Positions 49,938-63,688 of a stretch of DNA of 64,000 nt are shown here, in pieces. Made by a program: the position numbers and the translations under genes. Position 1 is the stretch's first letter; each line of letters starts with the position of its first letter. The notes under the pieces were generated by a model. It was not told the origin of the DNA. It searched no databases and saw nothing but the letters and a program-made list of their open reading frames with translations. Source of the DNA: Octopus sinensis (lineage: Eukaryota); the NCBI RefSeq assembly GCF_006345805.1, contig NC_042999.1, positions 29,450,001 through 29,514,000 on the forward strand, read 5' to 3'.

Positions 49938-52645
49938 GATACCTACAGCTTTGCAAAACAGGAACGCACACACACACACAGAGGTAGGTGTGTGTTTGTT
50001 TGAATGGTTATTTTGAAAAGTCAAGGTAACAAATAGATAAAGCCAATGAAATCGTCGCCGCCCCCAGCTTCTACTCTTATCTCATCACGGCTCCGGAACT
50101 TGATGATTGTATTCTTCACTGCTCCCTAAAAGATTTCCTTACATCTTGATCTTTTTTCGTCTGCCTGGTCATGTCGTTGCAAGCAGCGCGTTTGGCGACT
50201 TTCTATATATGCCTGTGTGCGTGCGTACATAGAGTGTGCAACAAAGTCTATATATCTATAGGTCCCCTGAAATGAGATTCATTTATATATTTTCTACATC
50301 ATTTATTAAAACGGAAGTTCGTGCATCTTGATATCTCGCTATCTTAATCAACTTCATGTGGATTTGTGATTCCCTAAGACCTTCTCACTGTCGCCTGACA
50401 TAAGTACTGTAAGTTGGCGTAAAATATTTAGGCACCATCCAATACAGATGTATCTTTCAGTTAATTTAGCGCTTCGAAAACTAGCGTGGGTTGTATGGGC
50501 TGTTATAGTGCGTCATTGCGTTTAGTAAATTCTGTGGTTGAGAACAGCTATTCTGCGACTGATGATTAATTGGTTGTGCTGATGATGAACATGAATAAGC
50601 GTTGCGTCCGCCATTGTATCCTACGCAAGTGCAAATTTTATTTGATACACATTGAAGTAAATTGCAAATTAGATCTAAACATTCGAAAAGTGATGGCTTG
50701 GTGAAGAAAAATATGACTGATGTGTAGCATGAAGTTAAATATTTATCGTAAATATGTCAGCAAATATAATTTTCATACAAATTTGAGAGGAGAGTTTCTG
50801 AAATGCTTTCTAACAAACACATTTCTATTGCATGCAGAGTTTGAGGCGAGTGTTTAATATCTGAATGACACTTCCACATAACACGTGCGTTTTCATCCAA
50901 TCATTAAAACAAACATTTCATAAAATATGTAATCATCAACTGCGTAAACTCTCATATTAGGAATCAGCAGCAACATGTTTACTTTCACAAGATTATTTGG
51001 TTATTAAAACCGAATCAGAATTCACCCTCTATATAAATATCATAGTTTTTAATTTCGTATTGAATTAAATTTTCGACATTAAATTCTAGGTTTGCGATCG
51101 GCAATCGCTAATGTTGTAACACTGAAGGAATTTATATTCATTACATTGTACCAACACAACTGGTATTCTTAATATTACAGCAAAATAGAAGCACTACCTT
51201 AAGGACATTGGGTATCACATGTTTCAAATTCCTAAGCTCTGAGTTATGACCGCGTAAAAATAAATCACTGATGGCTGAATATATTATGAAAAATATTAAC
51301 ATCAAATCTCTATATCATTTACATTGTTTAAGTATCCTTTATCAAACCGTTCTTTTGTTGCTTGATTATAATGCCTAAGAATAAAATATCAAGAAATAAA
51401 TGTTTTGTGATAAAATTGCAAACATATATTAGCATTGTTTCTATTCACAATTGTTTCTGAAAGTTTGTGCAATTTTCCAGCAAGATATTTCAATTCGTAT
51501 TGCTAGCAACATAATAATTTATTGCAATTAAATGCTGTTTGGAAACTAGAAAACATGTATGTTACATATGATAAAGTTTGGTTTCAGATTCTTTCTGCCT
51601 TACAGGAAGCATGTTAATATTATATGCCACTAGCGTATAGAATAACAAAAATTAAGAAATAATGAACACGTTGATGTAGTAGAAATTATCGTTCGTATAA
51701 CATATATAATTAAGTGCATTGCAACTAATATCTGGAAGCAATTTAATTTGCGTTTGTAATAATATTGAAAATTTAAAGAGTCCAACTTTCATGTAACATC
51801 TATATTTTTGCTACATATTTACTACAATACTCAGACGTAAGGGTTTTCTTTTTATATCATTCATTTTCAATTACTCTGTATATTTTTGGCTTTATCCACC
51901 TGATTTCTTTTCATTCACTACTGATATAAGTATAGAAAATGACGTATAAGATCATTGTCTGTAACCTAATAAAATGGATTAGTGATAACTATTTTGCTCG
52001 CTCTTCGTCCAAGAGATTATTTACAGAATGTCTGGAAATTTTATGTGTTGTAGGAAAAAACAAGATTTTTATGCCATAGCAAAATTGAGAAAAGCAAGGT
52101 TGTTACCTAAGAAACTTGGAAGAAATGTGTGATTGTGGGGATCTTAGCGACAGGGAACCATGCGACAAATGGGGTAAAATGTGTGAGAAAGTGAGAGAAA
52201 GAGACAGACAGACAAACAGACAGAGATCAGAGAGAGGTAGAACAAGAAATGTTATAGCAAATTAAAATAGATTGCAAAAGAAGAAGCAGCGTGCTACAAA
52301 ATGAGGGAAATTAGGCACTAAATTTCCTGAACAACTCTGAGTGTTGAAAGAGTTAACGAATGAAGAAATTACACCTCATGATCCCTATTAGCTCCCTGCG
52401 GTGAAAGCATTGGGGCGTCAACTGAAACCGGTATGCTCCTAAGGTAAATATATAGTGAATACGGGTTAAGTAAACGCAAAATGCGTTTTCTACGAAGACA
52501 ATCGGAAGAAGAACAAAGAGAGTGCACCATCCCGACAAAAATACAGTATGATAGCATCTTTATCATCACTCACCTCATCAATGTTTTTGTCCAGCTCGAA
52601 AGCTACTCTGTATCATGGCTTTATGACAACATTTTTGAAATAATG

Positions 52646-53020
52646 TAGCTTGCTTACTAACCACATGATTCCGGGTTCAGTCCCACTGCGTGACACTTTG
52701 GGCGAGTGTCTTCTAATATAGCCTCTGACCGACCAAAGCCTAGTGAGTCGATTTGGTAGACGGAAACTGAAAGAAGCTCACCGTATATATGTATATATGT
52801 GTGTGGGCATATATTTGAGTGACTGTGTTTGTCCCCCAACATCCCTTGACAACCGATGCTAGTGTGTTTACGTCACCGTAACTTAGCGGTTCGGCAAAAG
52901 AGACAGATAAAATAAGTACTAGGCTTACAAAGAATAAGTCCTGAGGTTGATTTTCTCGACACAAAGCGGTGCCCCAGCATGGTCACAATCAAATGACTGA
53001 AAGAAGTAAAAGAGTGAAAA
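52646..53020 (+). mobile_element. Microsatellite-containing tRNA-derived SINE (5' end clipped)
   Basis: GGGTTCAGTCCCACTGCG head, internal (TA/TG)n, tail CAAATGACTGAAA..AAAGAG; homologous to 63451-63907. Confidence 0.9.
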
Positions 53021-54455
53021 AGTAGTGGTTTTCACATTTCTTAGATTTTTATTTTTTATGTTGTAGTTATGTGTTATTACTGTCTATATTCTTTTTAGTA
53101 TGTGCATTCGGTGTTTGACTGTTTTGACTGCAAGGGTTTTATCTATTTATTTATTTCGAATTTTTTCCATAATTTTTAATCTATATGGTGGCATTGCAGA
53201 ATATTTTTAGTTGTTTCCACACATTGGTTTTTTAATATTTGTCTGCCATACAACGCGACATATTTTTACTGTGAACTACTAAAAATTCAAAGCAGTATTC
53301 GTGAGCTAAATTCAAACTCTTCATATATTCAGTTTTCGTTACCTGAAGTCACTTTCAGAATTGTCGTACATTGTAAGCACGTTCCTTTGATTATACTTTT
53401 CCAAGTCTGTATTTATTGACATTTTGAACGTAACAATCATACTTCTCTCTGAAAACATAGTTCCATTTGCCATTGAATGAAATAAACTCGCAAAGGGGAA
53501 GTTTCAACGCCTTCTTCCAATTACCTTACCTGTGGCTGTTTCTCATAAGAAATTTGGTTTTCATGTAAAACAACTATACTTTGTAGTCATTATCCGAAAA
53601 CTACTCACGTCCTTTGTACAGTTTAAGTTCTTCTTGTATTTTTCATCAAATAATTGAAATATGAAGACGTTTTATGATTAACACGGGAGTATACGTAACT
53701 CTACTTTGCACCACTGGCAAACTTATATGTCCTATAAATATTAGCGTGCAATGACCTCCACAATAACCACACTTCAATTTGATTTTCCATATCTAGGTAA
53801 CTCGTTAATTTATAGATACGCGCGCTAATCATTAACTTTCTCGGTAGTTCAATTAACTGCCTAAAAAGTACCACCAAAGCAATTTAAACCGTCCAACAGC
53901 CGGGTGCGTTTTCCAGTGTATGTGCGTGTGTGTAGAAAAGGGAGAAAGAAACAGATATATAGATAGGAAGATAAGTAAAATGATATATATATATATATGT
54001 ATATATATATAATTATATATATATATATATGTGTGTGTGGGTGTGTGTATAATTATAATAGAGGGTATGTTATGTACCATCTTGCTAGAAATAAGTGTTA
54101 AAATCCTCAAATGAGACACCAATTACACTGAAGAATACAATGGCCCAGTAGAAATCGAGCAAAGGAGCAAAAATTTAACAAATTCGGGTTAAGGCTCTAA
54201 AATAATGTAATTGATATACTAGGATCAATGTTTCGAGTTGTGGGCTCTAATTCTCTTCGGCAGGTCTTAATAAGAAAACCCAACTGGTTTCGCTGAGAGT
54301 GCTGCTTGTTATTATTATTGTATAGCAATTTGATGGGATTATTGCTTGTTGGCCACTAATATTATTGTTGTTACTATTTCAAAATTATAGAGACTTAAAC
54401 ATAAAGTATGAACGAGAACAACTAGCGTCCACGCGTTGATGGAATAACATCATCA

Positions 54456-54691
54456 AGGCGGCGAGCGAGCTGGCAGAAACGTTACTACGCCGGGCGAAAT
54501 GCGTAGCCGTATTTTGTCTGCCGTTACGTTCTGAGTTCAAATTCCGTCGAGGTCAACTTTGCCTTTCATCCTTTCGGGCTCGATAAACTGAGTACCAGTT
54601 ACGCACTGGGGTCGATATAATCGCTGTAATCCGTTTGTCTGTCTTTGTTTGTCATCTCTGTGTTTAGCCCCTTGTGGGTAGTAAAGAAATA
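54456..54691 (+). mobile_element. tRNA-derived SINE monomer with 15-bp TSD
   Basis: TSD GGAATAACATCATCA at 54441-54455 and 54692-54706; body matches the 20680 dimer. Confidence 0.93.
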
Positions 54692-54859
54692 GGAATAACA
54701 TCATCAGTTTTAAGTTACAATTTTATAACAGGTGAAAAGAAAAGAGAGTAAAAACCGAAACAAGAAGACGACAGATATAAAGGAGTGAGAAAGAAGAATA
54801 TTCAATCAAACAGTTTTGTATAAATTTGATTATATTCTTATTCATTTCCTCCAGCGCGT

Positions 54860-55490
54860 TATGTTAATAACCCGCAAACATATTGCAGATTCAGAATATT
54901 ATCTGAGAATATTCCCATTAAACTTTTGCAAATTGTTCTGTTGTGCAACAAACATAGATTAAGTTGTGTTTCGTGCATTCTGCAGCGTACATCAGATGCG
55001 AATCTTTATATGTTCCACCTTCTCTATAAACCATAACATTTCTGTTATGATTTCTGATAGAATTCACTTCACTCATGTTGTTGCGCAATGAACAAGGCTT
55101 ACATCTCTTGCGGCTCTTCATTAATGTACAACATGCAGATACTCCAATGTTCGTTTTCTTGGAGTCAGATATAGAGGTCAATAATTCTCTTATATTCTTA
55201 TTCCGTCTAAATAATACAACAGGCGGCTGAACGAAGTATCTGATTGAAGCGAGTATATTTTCGCCACATGCTGGTAACTTTCATGCAAGACATTTGAATT
55301 GCCAGCGAAATGTCGGTTCCAGCTAATCGCTAAAGGAATTCTGTCATTTCGTGTATTGAGTTTGCTTATATTATGCGTGTAGGTTTCACTGTCTTTGCTA
55401 ATCTTAGCTATTTCAGTTGCCATTTCCATTAATCGTGATTCCCTGTAACCGCGTTTGACCTAATGATACACAAACGCTTTCAACTAATAA
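54860..55490 (-). pseudogene. Penelope-like retroelement fragment (thumb/linker, Cys motif, GIY-YIG endonuclease)
   Basis: RIPLAISWN..ISNVLHE; RCKPCSLRNNM; HLMYAAECTKHNLIYVCCTTEQF (degenerate VY..YVG); frameshifted. Confidence 0.82.
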
Positions 55491-55598
55491 AATATCTCAC
55501 AATCGAATCGCGCTCTTCATCTTGACTGCTTACCTTTGTGAAGAGTTACGTCAATCCTTTAAAACAAATATAAATAATAATAACAATAATAATAATAA

Positions 55599-55633
<35 letters not shown>

Positions 55634-56007
55634 TATTCATTTGAATATTTCCTCATATATATATATATATTCCTTCTATATAAACACACACATGCTATTT
55701 AAGTCCGTGTATTGTTCCTCTGGTGGCATATAACACCAATCATCATCAGCAGCAGCATCATTATTTTTGTCATTATAAAGACTTCATAAACGTCCTAGAG
55801 AGCGTTAATGATTTGTTTCTGCATTTGATATGCATGATTATTGATGCGAATACTTTTAATGAAACATTTTATTTCTTGGAAGGGTCAGTATAACAATATA
55901 AATATACATATATATTGGTTCGATAATTCCTTTTTTTGAAACGCACATAAGGGTATAACTAATTATTATATAAATTTTGTGTTCAAAATTTTCTCTGGAT
56001 ACAAAAC

Positions 56008-56078
56008 CTTGACGGCTGTCTGTGGGATTTGAACCCACGTTAATAGACATGACAAGTGTTGTACCATTTTCCCAATGC
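56008..56078 (-). other. tRNA-like remnant (probable SINE head)
   Basis: Minus strand AATGGTACAACAC..GTGGGTTCAAATCCCAC (T-arm/B box); cloverleaf incomplete. Confidence 0.45.
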
Positions 56079-57448
56079 ATTGCATCGAATTTACCTCTGG
56101 CTAAGCATTTGGACAGCATGTGAAGAAAAATCAGTAATTTTCTCCGAACATGTTGCTCGTGTGTTATCAACTGTTCGAAACAATCGTAGAATTAATCATC
56201 TATCACCTGCGTTCAGCTGCCTTTGTAATCCTTCCCTCACCAGTTTTCCGACTTATAATTATCGGGAACATTTCGCATCCGCTTATTAATTTCAAATCTG
56301 GCTTCCTTTAAGATTTATGGAATATCTGGATCTTTTTCTTTACTAATTCTAGTAAATGAGTACAGTTCAAACTAAATTAGCTTTACGAAATAATCTTCAT
56401 GCCAGAGAGAATCAAAAGTATTCTATTTGCCACTCATTAAAAAAAAAACAAACATAAAATACATTAAATATATTCTATTCATATGAGACAAAGAGTGGTA
56501 GACGGTAGATTTAAACCAGTTGTCTTATTAATTGTGGCCTCCAAAAAGTTCATTGCATTTTCGACATGTGCTCACACTATTTCCGTACAAAATTCTACTT
56601 AGTATGAAGTAGTCGATTTGAAGATAGTAAATACTTAACCAACGTACTGCGACGAAGATATGAAGCTGAAACTATACATCCGTTCTACGAAATTTGCTTG
56701 GAATTCATAGACATAGCTATGCAAATACAATCCTTCGTTCGTATGGAAATGACAGAGATCCAGATATGATTATATCATAAAAAAATGATATAGCAAATAT
56801 AGAGTGGATGGACTAATGTTTTCTGAAATTATTATTTATATATGTATATAAATTTTTTTGGATGTATTTATACATTTAATAATATTGTTCTCACACTAAA
56901 CACCAACAGAATAGTACCAGAAACCTATAGCAGAAAACATACGCCATACTTAAAACTGATATTTATTAAACACATACACAAACACTCTCTCTCTCTCACA
57001 CTTTCAAAACCCCTCCCCCATATGTACACCTAACATTATCCAAGTACAATGACCGGCATTTAAAAGGCGTGCCTTCCATTTACTAAATTTCCAAAACTTT
57101 TGCTTTTATTTGGAAAGTATGAAATGTTATTAATAAAGCAATTTCATATGGTGCAAAAAAAGATATTTCAAAGCAAAAATACAGAGGAAATGAATTGGAT
57201 TAACACTGGATTAACGTTTAAGGAAAGGCCTTTCATGCATTCAGTTTATTCAAATATAATTTGTTGCTATGTATTTTACTGTTAGACATCCAACTGAGTT
57301 CTAGTGAAATGCAAAATGTAAGATTGCGAGAAAGATGAAATAAGTTTCGTTTCTCATATATATATGTACATACCTAGCTAGCTATCTCTTTCTTCTACTT
57401 ATATATATATATCTGTGTGTGTGTGTGTATCAATCAAATATATTTAAG

Positions 57449-57522
<74 letters not shown>

Positions 57523-57549
57523 TTGTTTTGAATAATGAGGTCTCTATAA

Positions 57550-57722
57550 CGAGTAAGGAGGTCTCTATAACAGATTGTTCCCTACCTGCTATGATATTTG
57601 ATTGCCTTAATACGCGTTGATTTATTCAAACGAGAAACAATCTTCTGATACTTATAGCGAACGAATTCTTACACACATCCATCTCTACAGAAGCACAAGC
57701 GCACATATACATACATACTTAC

Positions 57723-57793
<71 letters not shown>

Positions 57794-59334
57794 TGTATGT
57801 ATGAATATATTCATATATATCTATATATCGTGACGTATATTTGCCATCTCAATATGGCTACCCCTAAGGGTGGATGCTACTGTAGTTTTTAGCCCAGTCA
57901 CACGCTGACGAGAGGTCAATACCTCGAAACTCGAGTCCGTGTGTATCATAAGTTGAAGACGGGAAGGATGACTTTCCTTTGCAAATACTGACAGGACACA
58001 GAAAGTGTGTCTATGGCCAGCTGGAGGAGTGTGTCCTCCTGGGGCTAAAAACTACAGTAGCATCCACCCTTAGGGGTAGCCATATTGAGATGGCAAATAT
58101 ACGTCACGATGTGTTACCGCTACTGTATATAACTCACTTTGATATTTATCATTATCTATATATCTATATATATAAAAACACTTTCGTAAGACAGTGAGTG
58201 AATGCGAGAGTGTATGTGTGCATGCGTCTATGTATGAACCTCAACCCACACAGATCTCCAATACATACTTGTTAAAATACATATCTCGGTATTTTCATGC
58301 CATTTCCTTTAGTGGAGGTCAACTTGATCTGTGAAGTTAATACTTTCACGCAATTTCATTTTCTATTACATTCTTTGTTCTAGCTTAAAGCCATCGTGCT
58401 TTAATATGTATAGAGGAAAAGCAATTGATGTCCTCACCATTTAGATTTTGAAATATCGTTAATTTATGTTACGCCTACTTTAATTTCTGAGTACATTTGT
58501 GAAATATTTTATATCAGTGTTTATTAATTGCAATAAGACCCGATTAATCCCACGTATTAATAATTCATTATTTTGTAATCTTTCATATTGATATAATACG
58601 CTATATAGGAATAAATATTGATTATATATGTTTTTCGATGGTTTAACGAATTTTACTGATTTCCATACGAATAGAATTAATGCGTACTTTTATGTTTGAT
58701 ATCTAAATAGCATGTTACAACGGATTGCTTGTTTTGAAACAACATTCTTCCCATATTTTATGTAATATATTGCATTTGTTGATTTTATTTAATTCGAGAG
58801 CAACACTGTTTCGTCTGACCTGATCTCTGATAAATATCAGCTGCTCATGAAGGTCTTAATGTACTGTGTACATTGTATAGTCGCATGGTAAATTTTGAAC
58901 GAAGTTGATGGTGTCTGAGGGAGATTTGCTTATTACTCCAGTAGTTCAAATGACTATGTAGAGGTCACTACCATTCCAAAGAAAAAAGTACTGTATTTTA
59001 CATAGAAACAACAATATTTTATTTTCGCTGGTATGATTTCTCTTTAATAGTCAAATGAAAAATTCTCGCATATATGATAATTAAATAATTATGTACCAGT
59101 GGACAAAACCTATTCAACACCAAGTCAGGTAGCTGTACTAAGACCAAACTCACTAATACGAGTACTGAGGTCTCTATAACAGGCTGTTCCCTACTTGTTA
59201 TGATATTTGATTCCCTTAATACGCGTTGATTTATTCAAACGAGGAACAAAATCCTGGTACTTATAGCGAACGAATTCTCACACACATCCATCTCTACAGA
59301 AGCACAAGCGCACATATACATATATTCTTACGTG

Positions 59335-59376
<42 letters not shown>

Positions 59377-59401
59377 AGTGTGTGTCTGTGTATGTATGAA
59401 T
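57550..59401 (+). repeat. Dispersed direct duplication of ~250 bp (57550-57806 and 59159-59401)
   Basis: GAGGTCTCTATAACAG..TAATACGCGTTGATTTATTCAAACGAG..CACACATCCATCTCTACAGAAGCACAAGCGCACATATACA in both, including the downstream microsatellite. Confidence 0.92.
57827..58110. mobile_element. MITE-like element with perfect 69-bp terminal inverted repeats
   Basis: 57827-57895 is the exact reverse complement of 58042-58110; 146-bp non-coding spacer. Confidence 0.85.
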
Positions 59402-59990
59402 GTATGTATGTATCTCTCTCTATATATATATGTGTGTATATATATGTGTGTATATATATGTATATATATATATATGAATATATATATATATATATATAAT
59501 TGAAAATATTCAGTCAACAAGGAGGAGCACGTTTAGATATTTATTTTCAATCCCTTCAATTGTTTCTACGCAACGTAGTTCTTCAGGTGTGCAGTGACTC
59601 GTTTATGCAGTCGTTTTCCAGCATCATGATATCTAGTTTCGTAGACGCAGGCAAGATGTAAATATTGCCTATGCAAGCTCAACTGCTCGGGTTCAAGTTT
59701 CACCTCCTTGTCTGTCGTGGCCTGAAATTACTAGTAAACTCCGAGTTTATCAAGATCTGTGGTTGGCGACGGACCGTTGGGAAATTCTTTTAGCAACATC
59801 ATACCTTTATACACCCAGTGGCTACTAGTAACCTACTTATGATGTCAAGAGTTTCCAAACGTTATTAAGCGTTATAAAGAAGAGAATGCAAAACAAGTAT
59901 TACACAGGTAAGCCGTAGGACACAAATGGTGTCTTACATTTCTATTGGTTTCTATCTCTTTATCTCTCACCCCTCTGTATATATATATAA

Positions 59991-60070
<80 letters not shown>

Positions 60071-60567
60071 CAGGCAGACAACACAGAAAGTAGAATAATA
60101 AATTAAAAGTTTAATGGAGTCGCTGGAATAGAGTGATAAAATCTGTAAAACTATGAATGCATGGATGTTGAAATATATTTACATATTTCAAGTGCAAAGA
60201 CCAATATCCAGACGTGAAAACTCGAATAAATATGTTTCTACGTAAATCCCTCTATTGAGATATACCTATGATCAGGGTTTCCATTTTAGTCTGGTGTTAA
60301 TACTATTAGCAATAGATACTTAAATGATGGAGTTGTTGGTGCAGTAAAGGCCACACTCGGAGTTTAGGCAAGTTGAAAGCGGTTCCGTTGGTGTTATATG
60401 CAAAATACCATTTACCATTTACACGACTACAAAGAACTACGATGGCATCTACAAACATTGAAGCCACCTACATGTTCTCTGCTATAAACCTAGAGCCAGT
60501 TATTGGACAGTGATCCCTGTGTGATCACGGTGGCACCAACAACACATCCGAATATCGTAGTTTCAGA

Positions 60568-60661
<94 letters not shown>

Positions 60662-60695
60662 TATATATTTATATATATATATATATATATATACA

Positions 60696-60836
<141 letters not shown>

Positions 60837-60842
60837 GACGAA

Positions 60843-61175
60843 GGCGCATGGCTCAGTGGTTAGAGCGTCGAGCTTACGATCGTGAGGTTGTGAGCTCGAA
60901 TCCGGACCGGGCTTCGTGTTGTGTTCTTGAGCAAGGCACTTTATTTCACGTTGCTCCAGTTCACTCAGCTGTAGAAACGAGTTGCGACGTCACTGGTGTC
61001 AAGCTGTATCGACCTTTGTCTTTCCCTTGGATAACACTGGTGGCGTGGAGAGGGGAGGCTGGTATGCATGGGCGACTGCTGGTCTTCCATAAACAACCTT
61101 GCCCGGACTTGTGTCTAGGAGGGTAACTTTCTAGGTGCAATCCATGGTCATTCATGACCGAAGGGGTCTTTACCC

Positions 61176-61179
<4 letters not shown>
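60843..61179 (+). mobile_element. tRNA-derived SINE (third family)
   Basis: A box TGGCTCAGTGG, B-box-like GCTCGAATCC, central TTGAGCAAGGCACTT..CTCAGCTGTAGAAA; inserted in (TA)n. Confidence 0.88.
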
Positions 61180-61206
<27 letters not shown>

Positions 61207-61226
61207 TATATATATATATATATATA

Positions 61227-61262
<36 letters not shown>

Positions 61263-61263
61263 G

Positions 61264-62402
61264 ATAAGGCGGAGTAAAAACTAAGCAAATTGAAGCCTGA
61301 AATTCATCACAATATATTTCAACTATACGGAAATTTTAATATTCAAAGGAAGTACCATTACAATCAACTGGTTACAAGTTTGTTCATTCCGATAACATAC
61401 AACAAATCTGGTGTTCCGGTAGGGGAAAAGTCTTGGGGAATAAGCTTTGTGGCGAAGAACTTCGTAGCCAAGTTCCTTCGACATCTGTATTGTCGTTAGT
61501 GAAACGTGTGGTTGAGCATTTTCATTAACCATGTTTAGCCCTCTTCTGTTGACCTGTCTGGGTGGGAGAAGAAACATGTTTTCGTTTATTTTGGCAAAAT
61601 GTTTCTGCAGTATTTGTTTTCCGGATTTAAAGTACTTATAGTGATGAGTCCAACAGTAAACTACCAAAGAATGATCGTTATCTTCTACTTGAAGAGCACG
61701 TGTTTCACGAAGGTTTTCTGTGTTTCATTTTGGTCCACCCGCTGTAAGGAACGTCTTTGGTCCAGCCGCATCGAAGAACGTCTCCTATCTTTGTACAGAG
61801 TCCACTTTTCATCGCAAGTAAAAGTATTATCGAGAAATTGATCGCAGTGGTTACGGAGAAGAAGCGGCGAGGAAATTTCATAACTGCACCGTTTATGATG
61901 TTCATGCAATCCTTTTACCCATTTGTTGAGCTTTGGATTGCATGCAAATAGTTTCACGCAGTTTTCTGACTAACTTTGCCAGTTTTCGAATGGTTTTACG
62001 TGGATCTTTCTCAATTACGGTCTTTAATTGACCGTCGTCGATGACAGGTGGGCGTCCACTACACTCTCGATCTTCAGGGCTCAGGTCTCCACTGTGAAAT
62101 CCTTTAGCCTATTTTCGAGCTGGCCCCTCACTGGTCCTTTTCTCAGGAAACGTTTTGATGATATCTCGTGCAGTTTCAGCTATATTAGGTTCTCTTTTGA
62201 AGTTGAATAACAAAACTGCTCGAATATCGCGCTTGGACTTTCAGATCATTTTAACAATGTTAATTTATTGATGCCTTTGTGCAAATCTTTCTCTGTATTA
62301 GACAATTGCCAAAAACGTTCTAAAAGCATTGAAAAATAAAAATTCGCTACAAATTCTTCATGTTTCAAAATATTATTTACTTTTTGTACTCAACATGATA
62401 TA
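61264..62402 (-). mobile_element. Decayed near-full-length mariner (DD34D-type)
   Basis: SKRDIRAVLLFNFKR..SGRPPVIDD..KLNKWV..LLLRN..FLDNTFTCDEKWTLY..ENAQPH..LRHKAYSP. The ends share a degenerate GAGTA(C)AAAAA.TAA motif; boundaries approximate. Confidence 0.88.
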
Positions 62403-62418
62403 TACACACAAATTTTTT

Positions 62419-62569
62419 TATCTCCTTGTTCTTTCTGTGTCCCTTTTCTGTAGAAGAGCGTAGGCTCGAAACGTAAAAGACTTTTTCTATTCCTGAGCGT
62501 CATACTAATGCATCTGTTTGTTTTGTACACCTCCTGTCTTCGTCTTTTGTTTTATTCGTAAACTCTCCC

Positions 62570-62570
<1 letters not shown>
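62419..62570 (+). ncRNA. Degenerate minimal hammerhead fold in a short Penelope-type repeat
   Basis: CTTTT-CTGTAGA-A-GAGC/GTAG/GCTC-GAAA-CGTA-AAAG at 62443-62479; core position 6 is T instead of A. Confidence 0.6.
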
Positions 62571-62610
<40 letters not shown>

Positions 62611-63450
62611 TTGCATGTTTGTGTGTGTTTGTGTTTGTGTGTTTGTATGTGTGTGTGTGAAAGTGTTAAGACGGTTGGTGGCAAACAAGAAGTGGTACTG
62701 AGATATCGTTTAATAGTCGTTACGTATTCTATCGTAAAATATGCCACACTAATTTGCTGCCGTTAATACTGATGTCGGAGATATATAAAATATGTGGCAC
62801 ATATTTAGAAAGAATAATAAAGGTAGTACAGTGTGAAGGAGTTCTTGATGAAATATTTAAGAAAAAAAAACTATCACTGTTGTTAGAAAATAGAAATTTC
62901 CAAAATTGAAAGTTTTATAGTAATCTGATTGAATTATATTTATAATCAGTAAGAATAAAAATAAATTTCCTGAATATCAAAAATAAATATTTAATATTTA
63001 TTTTTTCAATATTTACTTCTCCTCTTTCTCACATGTTTCACAGAACGACATAGAGTTTGACAGCGGAGTCTTGTCTATCATTTAGAATGTTATTATTTTC
63101 TCATTAACCTGGAAGCGTCGGTTAATATTCTCTTACACAAAACCACAGGTGATTGTGTGTATCAGAACGTTCGAATAAGTTTAGCGTTATACGCTGTGTA
63201 GTGTCTGTGGAGAAGATATCATTGTAGGAGTAGAAGTGAATATTACATATGATATGTCATTAGGAAAAGTTCATATTTTTATGAGCCTTTAGCGTTAAAA
63301 ATCGACGCGGATTACCAATCTTCTTAGAAAGAACGCTTGAAAAACGGAACTCTCTGCACGAAACCATTTTTAATTCACAAAACAAAACTTGTCTAGTAAA
63401 TGCGTTGTTGAGCCCGCATTCTAACTGTACAATAGAATCGTGTGCATACA

Positions 63451-63627
63451 GGCATATGAGTGGCTGTGCGGTAAGTAGCTTGCTAACCAACCACATGGTT
63501 CCTAGTTCAGTCCCACTGCGTGGCATCTTGGGCAACTGTCTTCTGCTATAGCCGCGGGCCGACCAATGCCTTGTGAGTGGATTTGGTAGGCGGAAACTGA
63601 AAGAAGCCTGTCGTAAATATCTATATC

Positions 63628-63688
<61 letters not shown>

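Noticed and set aside
54425-54715. Hammerhead remnant split by the SINE (minus strand CTGATGA in the TSD, then ACGCGT)
   Set aside because: Orientation and position fit the nearby Penelope relic, but GAAA and stem I are missing in the reconstructed empty site.
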